A DNA stretch of 57,554 nt, counting the filler, from Dirinaria sp. TL-2023a (lineage: Eukaryota), in the NCBI GenBank assembly GCA_051941275.1. It is 5 parts of 5 records of this genome, joined end to end, with 100 filler letters (N's around TTAATTAATTAA, not from the genome) between each part and the next. Parts side by side here need not be neighbours in the genome. Positions count along the whole stretch, not along the records: positions 46,171 to 57,554 come from JAVEBF010000847.1; 4 more parts are not named here. One strand, given 5' to 3'. Positions 47,655-57,554 of the stretch are shown piece after piece; the first letter of the stretch is position 1, and every line of letters begins with the position of its first letter. The translations under genes were made by a program, and so were the position numbers. The notes below the pieces were generated by a model. It did not search any database. It was not told where the DNA came from and saw only the letters and a program-made list of their open reading frames with translations.

Positions 47655-48898
47655 CTTTGAACCTCCACAGTCTTAGGGTAGAGATAACTCAGAGGACCGT
47701 GTAGTGATGTAGGGCCGAATTTAAGACGTAGCAGAGAAGGTTTCTTGGACAAGGAGGGAAGGGGAGAAAAGAAGGAGACGACAGAAAAATAGAGGGTCAC
47801 AGGCCCCTCAGAACTGGGACTGGGGCGGAGCATTATCGACCCTCTGGTATTGCCATCTCTTAGGAGAGACCAAGGGCGCAGGGCACCGCAACTCTCGAAG
47901 AGCATATGGGCGATAGCTTATGTAGACCGGATGTCAGCCTCGCGGTTTGCCGAAGAGCTCAGAGAATCGGTGAGCTTCACCGGGAGTGGCCCCCATAAAC
48001 CTCCATGGACACATGCCGTCAATTCAATGTAACTTTGCACGTTTCTTTCGTCCATTGGATCTACTAAAATCCAAGAATGAACTTTAGTATTGATCAGTAC
48101 GGACAACGATATGACGGTCACAGCAAGAGAGAAAGCTAGGAGAGAAATGCAACGAAGTAATAAATTGATCTGAGTCGACATTTGCGAGGGATTCTCGGCT
48201 AGGCCTACTCCACTGTCGGACCTCACGAGTTCTTTCTGACGCACGAGTCAACCTCGTAGACTTGAAGATCAAGCCACATATTTTCCGGTCAGCCACGACG
48301 TCTCAGCGCTGTAGGTTTACGTAGGTTGTGGAACATGTGATCCCAGTGGGCAACGACCTTTTTCCCTTTCGTGCACACCACAATATTGATTCCTGGCTTC
48401 GGCCAGGCTGCACAGCTTCGATATGAGGCGGACTCGTTCTTGGCTCATGGTTCTCGGTGTGTGTGTGTGGGATGACGAGACAAGGCAACCAATAATCATA
48501 ACGCCATACCACCCTCTCCACCAGACCCAATCATGCAGAATGTGTGCCTGATCGGGCGATCATCTCGCATAACGTACCTTATCAGCTTACCTTAAGGTAG
48601 GTACATACCGTAATACCCTGTCGATTCTTTCTCAGATGCCCGCCAAGCATTCCAAGAGATCATTGTAAGCGCTAGAAATTTCTCTCGGATGCGAGTCGCA
48701 GGTACCTTTGGTCTTCAGTCGCTGAATAATGTAGACTAATAATTAATTCGTGAATTGAAAATGCCGCCAGCAAATCTTGAATGGTATAACGCAGTAAACG
48801 AGAATTTCCATCGCACGCTTTTGCTCGCTTCGAATCCACCAAATATTCTCTTTACTTTATCGTAGTCTTACCCCATTCAAGTCTTCAAAGAGAGTGAG

Positions 48899-48935
48899 AA
48901 TCAAAGCTAAGCCACAAATCAAAGCTAAGCCACAA
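48899..48935 (+). repeat. 18-bp tandem duplication (AATCAAAGCTAAGCCACA x2)
   Basis: Direct reading; lies 3' of the sulfatase gene. Confidence 0.8.
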
Positions 48936-49031
48936 GATCCGGACAGACGCCTCGCTTCGACATAAGAGAAACCACCGGTCTGGGGCGAAAGTGCATGTTC
49001 ATGACGCGTACCCCCTCAGGTTCATCGAGCA

Positions 49032-51001
49032 TCATTCTCCCACCGCTCCTGCCATGTCCTTTGCGTGGCCGCGTGGTTTCTCGCGACCCATTGCGTCAAC
49101 TGGTGGGTAGCGGCTACGGAGCTCGAGATCCTCCAACGGAATGCCGTTGCGAATGTATCTGCGCACAGCACATGTTAGTTTTGTGACACAAAATCGATCT
49201 TAGGACCAAGAATCCACTTTTGATGGTCTACATACTGCTCGCTAGCCGGCTCATGCGGCTGATAGTCCCAACTCTGAAAGCGCCCGCGGGTTAGAGCATC
49301 CCAGCAGAGTTTTCGCGAGCGCTGGCTCTTCAATACTTCGGCATGGATACGCTTGAAGTCCCAACGCTGATTTGCTTCGTCCGTGAACGCATCGAAGACC
49401 TCTTTGATGGCACTATCCGTGCTGACCGCAAGATTCTGCATCTCTTTCGGGTCTTTCTCAAGATTGAACAGTTGCGGCGGGTCCACTAGGCAAGTGACAT
49501 ATTTCCAAGGGCCGCGCCTGATCATCATGAGGGGCGCTATGGTGCCTTCCCCAAGATACTCACCGTAGACGGTGCGAGGGCTTTCAGTTCCTTCCAGAAA
49601 TGGGACTAGAGATTGACCGTCTATAGGAAGACGAGGGTCAGGGGTTTGACCAACAAGATCAACAAGGGTAGGAAGTAAGTCTAGACTGGAAACGTTTTGT
49701 TTGACGTTTTTGGCTTCGAACCGCTTTGGATAGGAGATGAGGAGAGGAACCCGCGAGGAAGCTTCGAACCAAGACATCTTATACCTACAAGCGAAAACAC
49801 GTTAGCCACCTTACATGGACCGTCTCACGTCGTGTCTACTTTCAAACGGCATGCAATTACTGCGGATCACTCTTATTACATACCACAGTCCTCTCTCACC
49901 CAACATATCGCCGTGATCTGAGGAGAAAATCACAATAGTGTCATCTTCCATGCCACACTCCTTCAGAACCTCCATCAATTTACCTACGTTGTCATCAACG
50001 TAGCTGACCGCACCAAAGTATGCTCGTCGAGCACGCTCCACTGCCTCGTCTGGCGTATTCGTGTCTGAAAGACCGCACACCTGGAGCAAACGCTGGCTAT
50101 GAGGATCCTGCTCTTCTCTTGGGATTTGAACCTCCGGAGGGGGGATGTCAGCGTCACTGTAAAGATCCCAGTATTTCTTGTGTATAGTGTAAGGGTCGTG
50201 CGGGTGAGTCAGAGACACTGTCAGACAGAATGGGCGTGCAGATGCGGGACGGCGAGCGGCGGCGTAGAGGTAGCGGGTGGATTTATACATAACTTCCTCA
50301 TCAAAATCAAGCTGATTCGAGCGTACGCAAGGACCAGCTTGCAAGATCGAGGAAGCACTGTGCATCCAATCGAGACGGCGGTCGGGTTCATCCCAATTGA
50401 CGGCCCTAAATTCCATGAGCGGCCCATTTAGCCAAATAGCTTCTAGTGAGGGTACAGGTATTGACAGCTCATGACTGAGCGTGTTCGCCCAACCAGCTTT
50501 CCTTCGGGGTAAACCTTTGAAGCCGTGCCCGCTTCTTGTTCAGACGTACCATCCAAAATCCGCTGGATAAATATCACTCGTCAACCTCTCCTCGAATCCG
50601 TGTAACTGCTCTCCAATGAAATGCATCTTTCCCGCCAAGACGGTCTCATAGCCCTCCCGGCGGAGGTAATGGGCGTAAGTCGGGACATCGCAGCCCAGTG
50701 GAGAGGCGTTGTCCCAAGCACCAATCTGGGTGGGCAATTGGGCTGTGACGAGAGACGAGCGCGAGGGGGCACAGAGCGGCGAGGCGCAGTAGGCGGAAGA
50801 GAAGACGGTGGATTTGGCTGCTAAAGCATCAATATGGGGAGTCTTGATTGGAGAAGACTCGTTATGAATGCGGAGGAGAGGCGCGGAGACCTGATCAGCG
50901 AGGATGAAAAGAATGTTTGGCTTGCGCGCGCGGTCGCTTTCCGACGGCGGTGCAGTTGTCGGAGGCGTTTCAAGAGGAGCTGTCGGCTCGAAAACCTCCA
51001 T
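49032..51001 (-). CDS. betC: Choline sulfatase (BetC-like), cytosolic, 4 exons
   Basis: KPNILFILADQ, SPLCAPSR (CxPxR formylglycine motif), GKMHFIG, RLTSDIYPADFGW, SLTHPHDPY, SDHGDMLGERGLWY|KMSWFE, and C-terminal WDYQP...YIRNGIPLEDLELRSRYP. No signal peptide. Confidence 0.93.
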
Positions 51002-51939
51002 TGAGCTTTCGCGGCTTGCAATTGCAGTGCTGTCGTACGTACCGTTTCTACCGAGCAAAGGCAGGAGGCAGAGCAGGCAGAAGGTGCAGGAGTTGAGGGA
51101 CAGCGAGGGAGGAGGTGAAGTAGGGGACGGAGGGGAGGAAGAGCCTAAGGTAATAATCGGATTACTTTTACATTATGCAACAAAGAGGGGGCAAGATGCG
51201 AGATGCGAGACGCGGATGTAGAGACTCATGTCATGTGCTTGCAACATCGCTCAGACGGATCACGCAAGTTCCAGGGCTCGACTAGTATCTCACTACTATC
51301 ATTATCCGTAAAAGGGAAAACCTGGGCCTTAGTCATCACCCTTTCAGGTTGGCAAGCCCTCACTTCCTGCCCTAACGCTAGAGGAATCTTATCAATCTTA
51401 CCGAGCTTATCTTGGCAGATTCATTCTTCATCCATCCCTTATATTCAGATGAGCAGGCCAAATCAGTCTGAACTCGCTCAAAAATTGAACTCATACGTCG
51501 CGCTGGGATTCCGCAGCATACATCCAAGTTTCGTGTGTTTCTAAGGTCAGGAACGCTGTGGATCCGTTCTGGTAATGGCTCGAATTCTACCAGTGTTCAG
51601 ACCTGCACGTGAAGTGGCCTGGTTGACAGCTTTGGGTCATGTTATCCGTTCCATCGTCACATTTTACCTGACTTAGTAGGTTTTGGCGCAATCCACAACC
51701 CATGGCTGGCCCGACGAAAGCAAAGTGTAAACCGTCCCTGATCTTCCGAGTTTTCTTGGCGCTAAATTGTCACTCGATCCAACAGTGAGCACTAGTATTA
51801 TTGTACAGACATTCCCCATCATTCCTGACCTCGCCATCCAAAGATGCAGCAGGGCTAAGACGTAGACCGCCAATGACAACCATGCACGCACTACCACTTC
51901 ATCCTTATCGTACAGTGGGGAACATTTTCCCATCCGTGG

Positions 51940-53157
51940 TCATGGCGCGCCGCTCTTGGGCTTGTCCACCTGGTGTTCCTCGGTGATGGTCTCACGCCGC
52001 TTGCTGGGACCATGGTGCGTTCCTCCACCAGCACTTTTCTCTTGACGTGCCTGCTCGATCGCCGACCGCTGTGCGATGCTGTCATCGTGACTCTTCCATA
52101 CGATATTGGTGTCAGGGGGAAAGGCGAGAAGGCGCTTGACCGTTTCGCTAGGACAGTGAATGTCAGCCGATGTAGCACCCATTAGACCGATTGGGCCCAG
52201 CACAACGGGCAATAAGCAATGCAAGTGGGATAAGTGACGACTCGTACTGACCGTATCTTAATGTTTCTTCCTCCGTCTATCCGGGTCCAGACGTTAAGTA
52301 CGTCCTCGCCGCTACGGACGCTCAGCACCACACCACAGACCTCTTCACCTGCTTCTGCGAATTGGTCCCCGACTATCGCGAGGAGAAGGTCTTCCCAGTA
52401 TCTGTCAGACACCCCCTTTTTCAAGCGTACAATCCATTTGCCACCTCTCTTGTTCTCATCATCCTCCCACACAGGCCGGATCCCCTGCTTAAAGACGTGA
52501 TAATCTGAGACGGAAGGTAGGGTAGAAGGGCGTTTAAGATGGGTGTACACTGCCCAAAAGGACTCAACGGTGGAGAAATGCGCGAGAGGGGTCATGGACT
52601 TCTCGTAGTCCGAGTATTTCGATGTTGGTGGCCGGTACCACACAACCCACGTAGACTTCAATGGATGATCGGAGGATGTCGTTAGTGACCTATCCGATGT
52701 TGATGGGACCTGTTCTTTGGGCTTTCCCTCTAGCCCAGAGTTCTCCTTCGGCCGCTTTTCGCTAGCTGCAGCAATTGGCGTGCCTGACTGCCCAAAATCG
52801 AGCGATGTTCCTGGGGTCCTAGGAGTCTTCGCAGTAGAGCCAAAGGACGCAAAGGCACCGGATCCCAGGCCGAATGCGGAAGATGCGCCAGATGTGGGGG
52901 ATGCGACTCCGGTGGTTGTAAGGGGTGTTATACCATTGGTAGCGTTTGCTTTGCCACCAAAGGCGCCGTCTCCTCCAAATCTCTTACTCGCGGAAAAGGT
53001 ACGTGTAGAATCGGGCCTGGTATTTTCTTTGGCGTTGGTGTTTGAGTTGGAAGTGGAGAGTGATAGTCTGCTAGAGCTTTGCAACCAGAGATGTCAGCAG
53101 TGTCAACTACAGCTGGCCAGACTCTTACTTCGAGCGCCTTTGCCATAGATTATCCAT
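51940..53157 (-). CDS. eIF4E family cap-binding protein, class II (4EHP/eIF4E2-like), 3 exons
   Basis: MDNLWQRRS|...HPLKSTWVVWY...SDYEKS (Tyr at the Trp56-equivalent position), TVESFW, FKQGIRPVWED, GGKW, WEDLLLAIVGDQF, CGVVLSVR. Confidence 0.93.
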
Positions 53158-54049
53158 GAGCGGTGTCGCTGAAGAGAAAATCCAATTTTCAGAGGCAATT
53201 GCAGCAGAGGACAAGCTGCATGAACCTTTCACACGATTGGCGGCGGAGGTTGAGGGCGAGAATTTGGTAGGCTACTCGCTTTGTGCTCAGAGCTTGGTAG
53301 CCAGCACAACTGATACGATTGCTAATGGTCAAGACAGAATACGTGTACCGGGTCAATCGGTTGGGTCTAGTAACTGTTTTTGAGTAATGTACAGCAGTAA
53401 GATACAGAGTACTACCTCTTACGCAAATCTTCAGATTAAGGTATGGGTACACGCGGGACCTGAAGGCTTGGCGAGAAAAGACGACAAATTCTACCCCTAG
53501 CTCGCCTCGGTCAGAAGCTTTGCTGATTCTAGCGAGCGGGCGTAACTTGGCACCCTTTTGAAGGTAATCGGCACCTCAACTCGTCTACTACAGTAGTACT
53601 GTATGCTTCTAGTAGCATAAAATCGTGGGAATGCTAGAGGAATATTCTAGGGTGAAGACCCAGGCCTTCTGCACTGTGGACTTAACAAGACGACTTGATC
53701 ATTGCGTAGAGCACTGGGGAACGTAACTTGGTCTTTTCATTAAAGGTTTCATAATCTCTTGATATTTACATTGCCTCGAATCCAGTGCATACGATCATGG
53801 TAAGTCTGAAACTTCGCTTCCTTATGGTGTTCGAAACGGTTCAATTCTCTGAAATTGTACACTCATGTGATACACTTGTCTGAGTAAGCAAATAATAAGT
53901 CTGATGAGTCTACAATAGAATCGAATAGTAAGTAATTCAGAAGATCCTCCAGGTGGAAATGGTACTATCAAGACGCTGTTTAGTTGCGTTACCGTCGACT
54001 TATCTTAGGGTTGACTTACTTAGGGTTCGACGGTATGGCATTCCGGCCA

Positions 54050-54860
54050 TGGTTCGAAAAAGGACACACGAACTTCGCTTTGGATTGTCCCCATCAGAGG
54101 GCGGATCGCCTGAGCAATTCTTCTACAGCATGTATTCCGATTCTAGATTGTTGCTCTGCTGGCATATTCAAGTGTTTCATGAACGATCTCTAGCTTGACA
54201 AAACATACCCAATTGTGACAACGTTCACTCGGTCAGTGTCCATCTTGGACCTCTCTTGTGGGCTCGTTGCTTGACATCCCCAGTCCAATAAGCGCCACTC
54301 GATTGAAAGACGAAGCACGTCGTGCTTCTACATTGATAGGGCGTGTCGTCATTGACCAAGTCATTGTCTCAAAAATGAAATGGAACAGGGAGGAGAGTTA
54401 GATTCTTGCGCTAACAAGAAGGGATGCTGCAAGGGACGATCTTCAAAAGAACGCTAAATCATAACTTTAGCCTTCTCACCCGACGGCAAATGGATCGCAT
54501 CTGAATCTGTCGATCAAGCTGTGAGCTGTTTACAGTGAGCCTCAAGGTGGCTTGCAAAGACCGTGATTCGTCATCCCAAATTCTACGCGTGGCAGGAGAT
54601 TGAAACCATGGAGTGCGTCGAAGTTTTCAGCAGAAGGCCAGTCCGTTTGTGATAGATTGCGGTTCCCTCTAGGTCGATGCCGTCTTGACAGGAGCACAAG
54701 TGAAGGTTTTGGGATCCTCAGAACCTGTCACTCAGCTACATCAGCCTCCTGATCTTCCAATCACAGCATTTCATCTTAGTACGGTTTCTCCACCCTGCGC
54801 TCGCCAAAGATACCTTGTCTTTCCAAGTCTGGCAATCCCGCGCCCGTGAAAGCTGTGCGC
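54050..54860 (+). pseudogene. WD40-repeat gene relic (HET-E/NWD-like repeat)
   Basis: 54461-54528 translates ITLAFSPDGKWIASESVDQAVS, matching the VAFSPDGKxLASGSxDxTVxLW repeat. KGHTN appears near 54060; surrounding frames are full of stops. Confidence 0.5.
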
Positions 54861-55774
54861 TTGTTGCCAAAGCTCGTTGCATCTATCTGATTTGATCAAT
54901 TCAAGAGCAACGAATCAAACCCTTTGGCTACACACATCCTCAGAGATCCCCATTGGGGGCCGCCGCGTAAGCGTTTACGCAATGCACGGCGTCTTTCAAA
55001 GCGGGGTTGAAGTCAAATAGAAACATATAGCTCTGTTGATATTGGGGCTTTGCAACATTTACAATCTCTCTATTGGCGAAACCATCAGTATCAGGGCTCG
55101 ATCAGGGCTCGGCCCGGCTAGTTGGGCCGTAGGCTAGCCGCCCTCCGCCTTGTGCTTTAATCTCCCACGTAGCATTTTCCACAAAGCTACCTACATCATG
55201 TTACATACTCCTTACTTGATGACTGCCGCCCAATGGACGGGCTCCAACAATTGACGCGACAGCTGATCCTCAGAGAAGCTCCTCATTGGATTTTCCGCAC
55301 AAGGTACACTTTCGTGTATATCCGCACAGGCTCTAACCTGCTGCGATGCTCTGTGCCGTAGAGCTGAATATCTTCATGCTTTCGGACTTGAGATAGGACC
55401 GAGAGTGCCCTGTGCTCAAGTTTCAACTAGAGGACAAGAGAGTCTACCCTTGCAAGCTAGACTCTGCATCGTTCCAATGGCTTGAGATGGAAATGAAAAT
55501 TTCGACGCGACTGCAAGGGTGAAGGCAATGAGGAGCCCCCTAAGAGCCACAGCGATTGCGCACTTGGTGTAAAGGGCCTGTATGGAGAGGAGATCGAGAT
55601 GTGGAGATGTCTCTCGGCGGCATACTCCTTCTTGCGAAAGTGGCAAGCGATCTACGCGGGGGAATACTATCCTGGAGTTCGAAACACTGGAAAACTTGCT
55701 TTCCACGAGGAGCAGAACGAACGAGCAGCAGCTGATCATGTTCAATGCGTCAACGATGGACATCGAGCGCTCAA

Positions 55775-55781
55775 TATATAA
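55775..55781 (+). promoter_or_regulatory. TATA box of the secreted peptide gene
   Basis: TATATAA about 115 nt upstream of the ATG at 55895, followed by a C/A-rich leader and an AAAA-ATG context. Confidence 0.6.
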
Positions 55782-55894
55782 GTAACCATTTCCTCGCCTT
55801 TGCGACAAGCACCCTCCATCTCTCAATCGAAATCAGTTCCATCCTCATCATTCTCAAGCACAACCACCCAAAAAAAATTATCCAGGAAGCAAAA

Positions 55895-56284
55895 ATGCAA
55901 CTCCAAAGCATCCTCACAGCGATCGCCGCTTTTGGACTCAGCATGAGTCCCGTCCTCGCCCTGCCGGAAGCGGTTCCTGATCTGGCCGAGCGTGCGCCCC
56001 AGTGCATTGCCGGAGGCAAACAAGCCGGCAGCCACTGCGCAGCCGGCAACGTGGGGGATCTGGCCTGCTCGAACGATAACACCTCGTTGGTAAGTTTTGC
56101 TTGTCATACGCACCGCGCCGTGCTTTGAACCCCAAAGCTACCTACCATGCATGCATAACCCGGGGCTGACTCATATTTCTCCGTTTTTTTGGTGTTGTAG
56201 ATGAAGTGCACAGGCTCGAACCCAACCTGGCACATCACCAAAGCTTGCAGTGGCCACTGCAGCTACTGCCGGTGCGTGAGCTGA
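55895..56284 (+). CDS. Small secreted cysteine-rich prepropeptide (92 aa, 2 exons)
   Basis: Exon 1 55895-56089, intron 56090-56200 (GTAAGT...GCTGAC...TAG), exon 2 56201-56284. Protein: MQLQSILTAIAAFGLSMSPVLA LPEAVPDLAER APQCIAGGKQAGSHCAAGNVGDLACSNDNTSL|MKCTGSNPTWHITKACSGHCSYCRCVS*. Confidence 0.9.
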
Positions 56285-56459
56285 GAATCGAAAAGGAAAG
56301 AAAGGAAGGGGAGGGAGAAGGCAGAACTGTGGTGCTGGGTACTAGACTAGGTCGATCAGTGCACGGGTGGACTTGGGATAAATCTCGGCTCTTGCTGTCT
56401 TTTTCTCTCTCTTATCCTGTCTTTTGTGGGTTGGTTGTGGGAGATGTTGTGCCCTTTAT

Positions 56460-57554
56460 TTTAGCTAGCTGATATAGCTGTCCCTTCATTTTAACAACAA
56501 CAAAAGAAAATACAAAAGCTTTGAACCGGTTATTCATGAGATCTCTCCTACTTTATTCCCTTAGCAAAAAAACCCCCTTCTCGCCCCCCTTCGGTGCCAC
56601 CTTCGTTCGCCTATACAAATCCTTATATTTTCCCTAACATACAGAAAAACTCGCCCAGGGGTGCGCACAAAAAAAGATTTTTTTTTTCCCCATCGAGTCC
56701 TGGGGGGTGTACTCGCGCATCGTTAAACAATTCCCTGGATGGAGAAAGTATACCTTACCCTCACCGACACAATCAGTTCCTAGTTCCTAGCATCATAGCA
56801 TGCGATTCCGTGCGTTTTACTTATTACGTCGGTTGTCGTGCATGCCTTTCACTCATTCAAAAAAAATCCGAAAAAAAGGATGGAACTTAAAACCTAAGTC
56901 TAGAATTTACATGGTTGGAGGAAGGAAGAGTTCGGTGGGTTGATAGCGTCTACGGGGAGCGAGGGGCCGATATTTATTATTGAAGTAATGAGTAAGAAGC
57001 CAGAAGGTAGGTATTTAGTGATTAATGGGAAGAAAAGGAAGGGTGGCTCGCGGTTTGCAGAAAAAAATGGGACACTAAACGCGCCAAGCCTCACTCAAAG
57101 TGTTCCATTTTTTCTGCAAACCGCGAGGGTGGGTATGGAGAAGGAGGGATGAGAGATGGATGGGGTACGGTGGACTTTGCATGTAATGAGCTAGCTACAG
57201 GGGAGGAAGGGAAGGGGGGATATAACTAAACCACAAGGCTCAAGCTGTGCGCGCGCAAAATATTCATGTCCCTTCCTTCCTTCTTGCCTGATATCAATAT
57301 TAATGCCGGCCTTCGAGACAATTGGGGTTTGAACTGTGCTACAAGAAATATAATGGCGAACCACTTTCAAACCAGAAAGAGAGAAAAAAAGAAAAAGAAA
57401 AAAAAAAAAAGAAACAGAACACAAAGAAAAAGAAAAGGGCGGCACTGCGTCGCAGCTAAGACCCTTTCCCCCTTTTTTGTTTTCTCAGTACGGACGCATA
57501 ATTTAGGGGTTTTTTTCTCTCTCTCCCCCTCTAGAGATGCTGTAAGTCAGTTCT
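56460..57554. repeat. Homopolymer-rich low-complexity intergenic tract
   Basis: Many A, T, C and G runs, e.g. the A-rich tract at 57375-57436. No credible ORF. Confidence 0.7.

Noticed and set aside
17212..51001. Apparent choline-utilisation cluster (choline-type permease plus choline sulfatase)
   Set aside because: 30 kb and three artificial joins apart, with housekeeping genes between; permease substrate cannot be determined from sequence.

Overview
Eukaryotic DNA from a filamentous ascomycete (Pezizomycotina): short GT-AG introns with CTRAY branch sites and Zn2Cys6 factors. A lichen-forming lineage is possible but is only inference. The window is five contigs joined by four artificial 100-nt spacers (44 N + TTAATTAATTAA + 44 N), so adjacency across spacers is unproven. 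Contig 1 (1-11479) is accessory-like: a divergent Zn2Cys6 TF / Ure2-class GST pair, a secreted orphan protein, gene relics and a cytochrome P450 with two disabling lesions. Contig 2 has an orphan gene with an atypical zinc cluster, an APC amino-acid/choline permease and an Lsh/DDM1/Irc5-type SNF2 remodeller. Contig 3 has AMP deaminase, a large F-box protein and Abp1. Contig 4 has Pet127 and a degenerate but intact GH3 (Nag3/Ngs1-like) gene that lacks the catalytic motif and the GNAT domain. Contig 5 has a PTH11-like receptor, choline sulfatase, class II eIF4E, a WD40 relic and a two-exon 8-cysteine secreted peptide. The best novelty candidates are the GH3 pseudo-enzyme, the cysteine-rich peptide and the atypical zinc-cluster protein. 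I found no tRNA, rRNA, CRISPR or intact transposon. All family assignments come from motif recognition by eye, not from database searches.
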